Of a stretch of 64,000 bases of DNA, positions 37,190 to 45,750 are shown one piece after another. This DNA comes from Candidatus Sumerlaeota bacterium (GTDB taxonomy: Bacteria > Sumerlaeota > Sumerlaeia > Sumerlaeales > Sumerlaeaceae), in contig JADFCV010000004.1 of NCBI GenBank assembly GCA_017161655.1, forward strand, positions 75,378 to 139,377. The letters run 5' to 3'. The position numbers and the translations under genes are program-made. How positions within the stretch are numbered: position 1 is the stretch's first letter; the number at the start of each line of letters is the position of its first letter. The notes beneath the pieces were generated by a model. It was not told where the DNA came from, did no database searches, and saw nothing but the letters and a program-made list of their open reading frames with translations.

Positions 37190-39867
37190 GCCCCTTCACT
37201 TCTCATGACCTGGAAGAAGAGGTCCACCGCGCGAGGATCAAAATGGCTTCCTGATTGCGTGCTGAGGTAAGAGAGCGTTTCGTCACGGGACCAGGCTTTG
37301 CGATAGGGGCGATCACTCATGAGCGCGTCCCATACATCCACCACCGCAAAGAGCCGAGCTGCCCACGGAATCGCTTCGCCTGCCAATCCACGCGGATAGC
37401 CCGTCCCATCCCACTTCTCATGGTGGCAATACGGGATATCGATAGCTGGCCTCAAAAACTCGATTTCCTCAAGCATTCGCTTAGCGAGCGTAGGATGTTG
37501 GCGCATGATTGCCCACTCCTCTTCTGTGAGCGGCCCCGGCTTACAAAGAATGGAATCTGGTATGCCGATTTTCCCGAGGTCATGCAGTAGCGCCCCACGC
37601 TCGATGTGCGGCAATTGCTCTTCGGGCACACCGCTAAGCCTTGCCATCTTGAGGGTGATCGACGTCACGCGCTGGGAATGACCTTCAGTTTCCCGATCAC
37701 GCATTTCGAGTGCCTTGACCCAGCCATGGAGCGTCGCCTCATACGCAAGCCGCAATTCTTCCCCCTGCCGAACAACTTTTTCAACGTGCCAGGCTAGTTC
37801 GAGGCCGATAGCGCCTTGTCCGGCCAGGGTCTCTAACAGTGCAAACCACTCGGATGAAGGATGAAGTACACGGCGCGAATAAAGCTCGAGCAACCCCAGA
37901 ACACGGTCGTGCGTCATGATCGGTTGCCCACAATACCACACAAATCCTTGCGAGAGCCAAAACTCCCCTAATGCGAATTCCTTCCCAGCATGTGGGATGC
38001 TCTCAAGAATCACGCGAGATTTCGTTTCGACAGCTCTATGCCGGATCCCTCCATGCAGCAATGGGAACTCCTCGGGCGGGAATTTTCGAAATCCCATACA
38101 GCAAAGCACTCTTGCGCGCCCCTCTTTGCTTATTGTCACGAACGCTGCGGCATCCACCCCGAGTCCGGCGATTGCTTCGCGCAAAACTTGATCCATCACC
38201 AGCTCAGGCCGAGGTTCCGAAATAATCTGCAAGTCAATGCGGCGAAGCCCTTCCAACTGAGCGAGGCGTTGTTCGGCAACTGCATAAGCAAGCTGCGCGG
38301 ACAACTCGGCTGCAATGAATGGAGAGACTTCTTCCAGCACCCTCTCACGCCAACCGACAAAGTGCCCGCTCTTGTTCGAGTAAAGCGTTACATTGCCCAG
38401 CACCCGGTCTTTGTAAATCAGGGGGATGGCGAGGCCACTGCGTATGTTAGACTGCTGGAGCCGTGGTCGCCAGGGCTCCACGGAGGGATCAACGGCAAAA
38501 TCAGGGAAATTGTGCGGTTGGCCGCTCACCACCGCTCGACCCGTTGGCCCTTTTGAGAGTGGAGTGTTATCCCACCGTACCTGAAGACCCTCAAAAAACG
38601 GGTGTTGTTCAGGCCAACACGTAAGCGGGCGAATGGTCCCGTCAATTTCCTTCACCCCAATCCAGGCAAGAGTCGCCTCCACGATCTCCGCGCATTTCCG
38701 CACGGCTGCCCGTGCCACACCCTCGGGCGTAAGCTCCCCTGCAAACGACAGGCCGAGCTCGCGCATCGTCCTATGTTGGCGGATTTGCTCCTTGAGTAGC
38801 TCTTCGTTGATGACCCGCCGTGTGATGTCGGTCCAAGTTACGAGCACCTCTACGGGGCGCTCGTCGTGCACCAGCGTGACACGAGCAAAATCCTGAATCC
38901 AAACCTCACGTCCCCATTTCGTGCGCACTCGATACTCAAGCTGAAGCTGCCCCTTCGCGAATACCTCTCTGGAGCGCTTGGTCACAATCTCTCGGTCTTC
39001 CGGATTCATGATCTCAGTCCACCACTGGGGCTGAAGCGCCTCTTCGACCGTGTAACCCAGCACCTGTTCAACGTTGGGACTGATCCAGACAGGAACGAAA
39101 TCACCGTAACTCTCGTCGTAGCGCAGCACATGAAGGATGATAGGCGAGCTTTCGAGCACGTGCTCCAGTCTGGCCACCGCCGCACCGAGTTGCTCCTCGC
39201 GCTCGATTAATTCGGTCTGCTCACAGATAGAACACGCCACATCCGCCTTCTGCGTGAGGAGAAGGGATATATCAAAATAGCGGCCGGCGAAGATTTCTGA
39301 TTGTCCCACGAACCTTTCTGGCTCGCCCGTGCGCCAAACCTTTTCAATGCGGCTGAGCCATTCCTTCTCGAAATCAGGCAATGCCTCGCTCAGCGTGCGG
39401 CCAAGTAATCCCTGCTTCTCATGGCCGAACAGTGCACAAGCGCCCAAGTTCGCAGTTCGGACGATGAAGTCGACGGGGCGGCGGTTTGCGTCCAGAACCG
39501 GACGCAGGATAAGAAGTGCAGCTGGAAGAGCGTCGAGATCACTTTCCCGCAGCGAAGGCTCATGGCGCAGCACAAGAAACCAATGATTCGTAGGAAGATC
39601 CCCTCCCGCAACGATAGCTCCCTCCAGCGCGGGGCTTTCAGGACTCCCTGGCGACTCCTCTTCAAGCCTCATCCATGTGACGCGTGGTAACTCTCCTCCG
39701 CTCCGCACCTTGCGAAGAAATTTCACGCACTCGACAGGAAACAGGTCACTTAGCTCGTACCCGACAAGTTCCTTCTCACAGCGGCCCAGCACCTCCTTCA
39801 CTTCGCCGTTGGCGCCGACGACTAGCTCGTCTTGCAATGTGAGAATAGCCACATAGGCAACGCTCAT
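37186..39867 (-). CDS. Multi-domain signalling protein: PAS and GAF sensor domains fused to a C-terminal HD-GYP phosphodiesterase
   Basis: C-terminal HD-GYP (HSQRV...LLHDLGKIGIP...HHEKWDGTGYP). Upstream PAS-like (WTDITRR) and GAF-like segments. 893 aa. Confidence 0.8.
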   Translation of the reverse strand: MSVAYVAILTLQDELVVGANGEVKEVLGRCEKELVGYELSDLFPVECVKFLRKVRSGGELPRVTWMRLEEESPGSPESPALEGAIVAGGDLPTNHWFLVLRHEPSLRESDLDALPAALLILRPVLDANRRPVDFIVRTANLGACALFGHEKQGLLGRTLSEALPDFEKEWLSRIEKVWRTGEPERFVGQSEIFAGRYFDISLLLTQKADVACSICEQTELIEREEQLGAAVARLEHVLESSPIILHVLRYDESYGDFVPVWISPNVEQVLGYTVEEALQPQWWTEIMNPEDREIVTKRSREVFAKGQLQLEYRVRTKWGREVWIQDFARVTLVHDERPVEVLVTWTDITRRVINEELLKEQIRQHRTMRELGLSFAGELTPEGVARAAVRKCAEIVEATLAWIGVKEIDGTIRPLTCWPEQHPFFEGLQVRWDNTPLSKGPTGRAVVSGQPHNFPDFAVDPSVEPWRPRLQQSNIRSGLAIPLIYKDRVLGNVTLYSNKSGHFVGWRERVLEEVSPFIAAELSAQLAYAVAEQRLAQLEGLRRIDLQIISEPRPELVMDQVLREAIAGLGVDAAAFVTISKEGRARVLCCMGFRKFPPEEFPLLHGGIRHRAVETKSRVILESIPHAGKEFALGEFWLSQGFVWYCGQPIMTHDRVLGLLELYSRRVLHPSSEWFALLETLAGQGAIGLELAWHVEKVVRQGEELRLAYEATLHGWVKALEMRDRETEGHSQRVTSITLKMARLSGVPEEQLPHIERGALLHDLGKIGIPDSILCKPGPLTEEEWAIMRQHPTLAKRMLEEIEFLRPAIDIPYCHHEKWDGTGYPRGLAGEAIPWAARLFAVVDVWDALMSDRPYRKAWSRDETLSYLSTQSGSHFDPRAVDLFFQVMRSEGA

Positions 39868-40129
39868 TGCGCTCTCCGCCGCCGTTTCTTATTTCGAGGT
39901 TTTGGCGTTGTCTCGCTGGAAAACGAGAGCATAACCGTGCTCCCCATTCTCTCGTCTCGACCCCTTGCTCCCTGTGTCGTCTTCTCCAAACTGTCTTTAT
40001 CGTATCAATGTTATTTGATGCTGTTCACCATCTCCTCTTCTCTCAAGCTGAAAAAATCAAGCTCCGCTCTTCTTAAATGGGGACACAGCACGAGCTCGCG
40101 TCATTTCAAAAGGCGCTAAGCTTACCATT

Positions 40130-43100
40130 CTAGCGCTTGTACCGAATCCAGGGTGCCCAACCGCCCACGAGACCCAGAAACAAAGCAATTAGCCATCCTG
40201 CGGCGCTTAAGGGGGCTCCCACCCACAGCCACGGCGTTGCATACCTCAGTTCCACTAAGTGCTCGCCCTCGGGCACCGCCAGCGCAGTGAAAGAGCCGTT
40301 TGCACGCACTGGCGGCACCTCTCGGCCATCGACGATTCCTCGCCATCCTCGATACCAGGTCTTGGAGATGACAAGCCAACCTCGGTCATTGCTCTTGGTG
40401 CGGATTCTCCAGAGTTCCGGATATGGATGTTCGATTTCGACCTTTCCATGGAAATTGTCCACCTGTCGCGCATTTTGTGCTGTAACCGTTTCTGTCGTCT
40501 CGAACCCTTTCTTATCCACCAAAACAGTGCGTTGGGGGTCCCACGTAGGGGAGTCCAAAAGCTCGCGGACAAACCGAAGGTCTGATTTATAGCTCACAGG
40601 AAGTGCTTCCGGGACAAGCCAAGCCCATCCCAGGGGGCGAGGGCGTCGAAAATAGAGCCACTTAGCAGGATCGCGCGAAGGCGCCGGCTCGTAGCCAAGA
40701 GCCTCGACCGCGGGATGGGCAAGGACTCCGTGATCTTTGGACACTTCAATCACGTGGGACACTGAAAACCAACGTGGGGCATCAAGTTGCGACTGAATTC
40801 GGATAGCGCAAATGGGGGCGGTTGTGGGCGCAAGCTCAAATCGTGCTAAAAAGTACGTGGTTGGGGTACTGCTGAAATCGCAAGTCTCCGTATAAGCGAC
40901 CGGCGGTGCGCTGTGAGCCGGCTTGGGGTTCAGCTCAGGAGCAAAGTACACCCATTCCGCAGTCTCCTGCCCGAGGCGAAGGGGGAAGCTTGTGATTTCC
41001 CCTCCACTGGGGCTGAGCAGGCTCAAGAGTCCCACCGTAGTTCCGTCGACTTCGGCGACCACTCCCATGGCGCTTGTCACAAGCACCACTGCTGCCAGCT
41101 CCTTGCTTCGCACTCGGAAATGCGCAGCAGAACTCAACTGATCGCTTCCCCTGGCAAGATACACGCCGCCCATCCCGGCAACAAGTTCGAGGTCGTGTTC
41201 AAATCCGGGGGCGCGCACGAGAGCTCTGGAAGTGGGCACGGCTACATGGCTGACATTCCACACATCGAGCACATTCTCGCGAGAACGCCATCCGTGTGTG
41301 GGTTCCTCAGGCGGAAATGAGCGATGGGTCCAGCGAAGAATCATGGGATTGTATCCCCAAGTCATTGGGATTCCTGAAACTTCTCCCGTGTTCTTCTCCC
41401 ACGGTCCAGGGCTCCACGCGTGAAGCCGTCCGGATATTGATTCCCCGAGCAGCGCATGCATGGGAGTCACAGCTGAGTCAAATCCTGCGCTATCCGTCCG
41501 AATGTTCTTGTAAAGGCCGTAAATCGTCAGTTCGCCCGTTAGAAGCACAAGAGCGATCGGCCCCAAAACCCAGGAGCGCGAACGAAGACGACCGGCAAGC
41601 CAGAGCCAAATCATCGCGCAGGCCAGGAACCCGCCTCCCACAAAGGCCTGGGCGCGGATATCACCAAGAAACTCTTCCAGACTCCGATGAACCCCAATGC
41701 GGTAATTCGGGTTGATCACGAGGAGCATTTCGAGAGCTGAAGCCCAGTCCCCCGTGAGAAAGAGCGACCATGCCACGATGTACGCGAGTATTCCGACGAG
41801 TGCAACGAGCACACTCAGGGTTCCAATGCTTCCCCATTTGCGCCAGGGCCAGCGTGGCAAGGAAGCAACACTCGCAATCCCTCGTCCGAGAAGGAGCGCT
41901 GCCGCAAGATAGCCAACCCAAAGCATACGCGGCGGGATGCGGATCTGTCGGAAACCCGGCACATGGAAAAAGAGCCAGCGGTAAAGACCAAAATCCTCGC
42001 CCATCGAGGCGATGAGCGTAAAGACAAGAGCACCTGCCAGACACCATGACGAGGGACGCTTGGCTGTTGTAAAAAGGCCGAATAACATGAAGGCAACAGC
42101 CACAATCCCAACCCAGAAATGGAACTCCCATCCGCCGTCAATTCCCCAGGTTCGCCAGCAGAGTTCCCACCGATTTTCGGGCGGAATGCGCCAGAAAAGC
42201 GGTTGATAAAGACCTGGCATAAGGAGTCCCGTGATCTGCTTGAGCGGTAGAGAGTAAACTAAGGCATCACTTAGACCAAGCTTTTCACGAGTGGAATGCT
42301 GAAGAAATTCAAGCGTGGGGAGGACCTGGACGAGCGAAACCAGTGCAGCAACGGAAAAGACAACCCCACACCCGATGAGAGCTTCCAACCCTGATTTCAG
42401 GGAGCGAGCACGCCATGCTTTGGTTATGGCGAGGTAAAGGCCAAGCACAGCCGTGGCGTACCACCCAAACATCGCCGTCTGCCAATGGCCAGCCAGGACA
42501 GACGCCCCCAAACACAGGGCTGCGGCCCACCACGCGCGGCGCATTTCGTGGCGAATTGCCAGAACCAAAAAAAACATTCCCCACACCAAGGCGGCGATGG
42601 CACTTGTGATCACAGTGTGCGACAAATGATTCACCATGTACCCATTGAGCGCAAAGAAAACACCTGCCGCTATCGCACCCACTCGCGCCACACCCACCGC
42701 GCGAGCCAGAGCTGTTGCCCCTAAACCGGCAAAGAGCACGAAACCTAAAGCAACTGCATCAAATCGTTTTGAGGTGTCGGGAATCCAGCCAGCGAGTTCC
42801 ATCAACGCGTAGGGCGGGAAGAACACAGCAGTTTGAGGATCGCTGAGGAAGGGATAGCCGCCGAAGGTCATATCCGACCATTCCGGCAGATGCCCCTGCT
42901 GGATTCGCAAAGTTGCATAAACCCGATGCGGGACATTCTGCTCGAGCCCGTCGCCCAAAACGAAGCTCGCATGAGGCGAGAAGCGCGGCGCATAGAATCC
43001 AAGTATAATAACCGACGTCATCAGCAGACTGAGTGAGTCGAGCAGTAAGCTTCGAAGAATTCGTATTCGCGCATTGGAATCCCTAGCTTGGTCTGGCATG

Positions 43101-43135
43101 AGGCCAGGAGTGTCAGCTGAAAAACGCCATGTCAA
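40130..43135 (-). CDS. Large polytopic membrane protein, YfhO-like (putative glycosyl-carrier-lipid-dependent glycosyltransferase)
   Basis: About 13 N-terminal TM segments, central and C-terminal extracytoplasmic beta-rich region, C-terminal TM anchor. Topology resembles YfhO. 1001 aa. Confidence 0.65.
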   Translation of the reverse strand: MTWRFSADTPGLMPDQARDSNARIRILRSLLLDSLSLLMTSVIILGFYAPRFSPHASFVLGDGLEQNVPHRVYATLRIQQGHLPEWSDMTFGGYPFLSDPQTAVFFPPYALMELAGWIPDTSKRFDAVALGFVLFAGLGATALARAVGVARVGAIAAGVFFALNGYMVNHLSHTVITSAIAALVWGMFFLVLAIRHEMRRAWWAAALCLGASVLAGHWQTAMFGWYATAVLGLYLAITKAWRARSLKSGLEALIGCGVVFSVAALVSLVQVLPTLEFLQHSTREKLGLSDALVYSLPLKQITGLLMPGLYQPLFWRIPPENRWELCWRTWGIDGGWEFHFWVGIVAVAFMLFGLFTTAKRPSSWCLAGALVFTLIASMGEDFGLYRWLFFHVPGFRQIRIPPRMLWVGYLAAALLLGRGIASVASLPRWPWRKWGSIGTLSVLVALVGILAYIVAWSLFLTGDWASALEMLLVINPNYRIGVHRSLEEFLGDIRAQAFVGGGFLACAMIWLWLAGRLRSRSWVLGPIALVLLTGELTIYGLYKNIRTDSAGFDSAVTPMHALLGESISGRLHAWSPGPWEKNTGEVSGIPMTWGYNPMILRWTHRSFPPEEPTHGWRSRENVLDVWNVSHVAVPTSRALVRAPGFEHDLELVAGMGGVYLARGSDQLSSAAHFRVRSKELAAVVLVTSAMGVVAEVDGTTVGLLSLLSPSGGEITSFPLRLGQETAEWVYFAPELNPKPAHSAPPVAYTETCDFSSTPTTYFLARFELAPTTAPICAIRIQSQLDAPRWFSVSHVIEVSKDHGVLAHPAVEALGYEPAPSRDPAKWLYFRRPRPLGWAWLVPEALPVSYKSDLRFVRELLDSPTWDPQRTVLVDKKGFETTETVTAQNARQVDNFHGKVEIEHPYPELWRIRTKSNDRGWLVISKTWYRGWRGIVDGREVPPVRANGSFTALAVPEGEHLVELRYATPWLWVGAPLSAAGWLIALFLGLVGGWAPWIRYKR

Positions 43136-43677
43136 CCCGCCAGCTATGAAATCGGGAGTGCATCATTTTCCGAACCTCACCCAGAGGCAGAAAAACAGAC
43201 GCGTTTAGGGCGTGTAACGCTTGTTCTCTGACAAAGCGCGCAAAACCACAAGAAACTTTTCTTCTCACCTCATGATGGTCCTACAGAGAAATTCTGAGCC
43301 AACGACGCATCGCCTTACGGGGCGAAACGGCTCTCTCTCGGGCGTTTAAAATTTTGGGGCGCTGCCTCTCTCCTGAGGTAGTTCCAGGTACAGGGAGAAG
43401 ACTGGACGCGCTCTCAGCCCCGCCGGGAGTGCCTTAAGAAAACCTCTGACCTCGTGTTTCTCTCGTTTCCTGTCTGCCTTGACTTTGTTCCTGCCATTAG
43501 AGAAATTTGTCTCTAGGTTTGGTTGCGGGCGCGTCCCTTATCGCCCAACGCCCCGCTGCTCCTGCCACACTGTTGAATGAAACACGGTGGCGTGGGACCA
43601 GGCCACGAGCGAGACTAGCCCAGGGCATCGGAGCCAGTCTCGGTGGAGCGCAACCTCAACTCGAAAGGAGATTATCC

Positions 43678-44337
43678 ATGAACCTCCTCAAAGAAATAGC
43701 CGACCTTGTGGCGATGGGGCATCCCGATTCTCAGTCGAAGTATCCGCCTTCGCTGGCAGGTCAGCCCGGCGTTGCCGAGAAAGTGTCGCAGGCACTTTCC
43801 GAAGGCATCGAGCCTCAATGCATTCTCACCCAGGGGCTCATGGCCGGGATGGAAGTTGTTGGACGTCGTTTCGGTGCAGGAGAAATCTTTGTGCCGGAAG
43901 TATTGATGGCGTCGAAAGCCATGAAAGCTGGGGTAGAACTTCTCAAGCCGCACTTAGCAAGTGCCAGCGTTAGTCGGCGAGGGGTTTTCGTCCTCGGCAC
44001 TGTGCAGGGCGACGTCCATGACATCGGGAAGAATCTTGTGAAAATTCTCACCGAGGGTGCCGGCTGGGATGTGGTGGACCTGGGAACCTGTGTTCCGGCA
44101 GAGAAGTTCGTCGAAGCCGTGCGGCAGTATCGACCAGTTGCGGTAGGTCTCTCTGCACTTCTTACCACCACAATGCAAGAAATGCCTAAGGTGATCGAAT
44201 CCTTGCGGCAATCTGATCTAGACGTGCCGGTCATAGTTGGCGGTGCCCCCGTCAACGAATCCTTTGCGCGAAGCATAGGAGCAGAATATGGCCGGGATCC
44301 ACAAGCAGCTGTAGAATTCCTCAGCGCGCTAAATTAG
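43678..44337 (+). CDS. Standalone cobalamin (B12)-binding protein (B12-binding_2 cap plus Rossmann B12-binding domain)
   Basis: DxHxxG motif (GDVHDIGKN), SxL (LSALL), GG (IVGGAP). AAAGGAG ribosome-binding site before the ATG at 43678. 219 aa. Confidence 0.8.
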   Translation: MNLLKEIADLVAMGHPDSQSKYPPSLAGQPGVAEKVSQALSEGIEPQCILTQGLMAGMEVVGRRFGAGEIFVPEVLMASKAMKAGVELLKPHLASASVSRRGVFVLGTVQGDVHDIGKNLVKILTEGAGWDVVDLGTCVPAEKFVEAVRQYRPVAVGLSALLTTTMQEMPKVIESLRQSDLDVPVIVGGAPVNESFARSIGAEYGRDPQAAVEFLSALN

Positions 44338-44461
44338 AGAAATCATTCTCTAATTTCTCCGCAAAATTTGCGTGTTTCTGTGAGGCCATTGCCGGGTTGA
44401 GGCAAGAAAATTGTCAGAAATTGAGATAAATCGCGAATAATTTCTCTATTGGAGGATTATA

Positions 44462-45223
44462 ATGAGTGCGAAACGAGAAAAAATTCTCGAATCAAAGGCG
44501 AGAAAGAGCCAGGAAGAACTGATGGGAGCCGTCACACTCGAAAACATCACGAGCGACCCAAGAAGCCAGACGGTGCCCACGCCTTCTCTCCGGCGCCTCC
44601 CGCTCTATCTCCGGCTCCTCAGGGACTACCAAGCCCAGGGCCGCACGGTTGTCTCATGCACGCAACTCGCATCGGACCTGCGCTTCGACCCCACTCAGGT
44701 GCGAAAAGACCTCGCCCTCACGAAGGTCGGTGGTCGGCCCAAAGTTGGCTACCCCATTGCGGAGCTTATCGCTGCCATCGAAGACTTCCTCGGGTGGCGC
44801 CGGACTATCGAGGCGGTTCTTGTCGGAGTGGGCAGTCTGGGGACGGCACTCCTGGGTTACAACTTCTCGCTCTATGGTTTGAGCATTGTCGGAGCCTTCG
44901 ACTCTGCACCGGACAAGGTCGGGCAGGTTGTCCATGGCCGCGAAATCATGCCCATTGGCTACCTCACCAACTTTATCCGACAGCGCGGGATCCCGATGGG
45001 CATTCTCACTGTGCCCGCAAGCGCCGCGCAAAGCGTGGCGGAAATGATGGTGGCCGGCGGCGTAAAAGCGATTTGGAACTTCACAAGCGCCGCTTTGCAG
45101 TTACCTGACCACGTTCTGGTCGAACGTGCAGATTTCTCCGCCAGCCTGGCTGTGCTCACCCGTGCCCTTGCTCACGGTGCGCGATCCTTGGCCCCGACTA
45201 TCCCTAAAAAGGAGGTCACCTAG
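44462..45223 (+). CDS. rex: Redox-sensing transcriptional repressor Rex
   Basis: Rex wHTH (LPLYLRLLRDY) plus CoA/NAD-binding Rossmann (VLVGVGSLGTALLGY). Stop is 8 bp before hydC. Confidence 0.88.
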   Translation: MSAKREKILESKARKSQEELMGAVTLENITSDPRSQTVPTPSLRRLPLYLRLLRDYQAQGRTVVSCTQLASDLRFDPTQVRKDLALTKVGGRPKVGYPIAELIAAIEDFLGWRRTIEAVLVGVGSLGTALLGYNFSLYGLSIVGAFDSAPDKVGQVVHGREIMPIGYLTNFIRQRGIPMGILTVPASAAQSVAEMMVAGGVKAIWNFTSAALQLPDHVLVERADFSASLAVLTRALAHGARSLAPTIPKKEVT

Positions 45224-45231
45224 GACCAGCT

Positions 45232-45750
45232 ATGGCTCCATGCCTTTGCGAAGCAACCCGCACATCGGATAAAGTCCGTTTTCAGCAAGTCTGCGAAATC
45301 CTCGAACGTTTCGAGCGCAACCCGAATCTCCTGGTACCCATCCTTCAGCAAGTTCAACAGGTTTATCGGTACCTTCCTCCCGAAATCCTTGAGTTTGTTG
45401 CGACCTCTCTAAATCTTCCCGCCGCCCATGTCTATGGGGTGGCCACGTTCTATGCTCATTTTACCCTCGAACCCAAAGGCAAGCACCTCATCAAAGTCTG
45501 CGACGGAACAGCGTGCCATGTGAAAGGATCCACCCAGATCCTTGAAGCCTTGCGCCAGCATCTTCAGCTAAAAGATTCGGCCAACACCACCGAGGATATG
45601 CAGTTCACCGTTGAAACGGTTTCGTGCCTTGGTGCGTGTGGTCTCGCCCCTGTCGTTGTCATCGACGACGACGTTCACGGGAATCTCTCTCCGGCCCAGG
45701 CAGTGCAACTCGTGGACCAAACCGCTTGCGAAAAGGAGGAAGAGCAATGA
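45232..45750 (+). CDS. hydC: [FeFe]-hydrogenase NuoE-like subunit (thioredoxin-like [2Fe-2S] ferredoxin)
   Basis: NuoE/HndA family Cys pattern (CDGTAC...CLGACGLAPVV). Confidence 0.85.
   Translation: MAPCLCEATRTSDKVRFQQVCEILERFERNPNLLVPILQQVQQVYRYLPPEILEFVATSLNLPAAHVYGVATFYAHFTLEPKGKHLIKVCDGTACHVKGSTQILEALRQHLQLKDSANTTEDMQFTVETVSCLGACGLAPVVVIDDDVHGNLSPAQAVQLVDQTACEKEEEQ

Noticed and set aside
43136-44461. Canonical Rex operator (TTGTGAA-N4-TTCACAA) upstream of the B12-protein/rex/hyd cluster
   Set aside because: Only partial half-site-like strings (TGTTGAA...GAAACA) were found, not a proper dyad. Reported instead the CGCAAA-A-TTTGCG palindrome as a low-confidence alternative.
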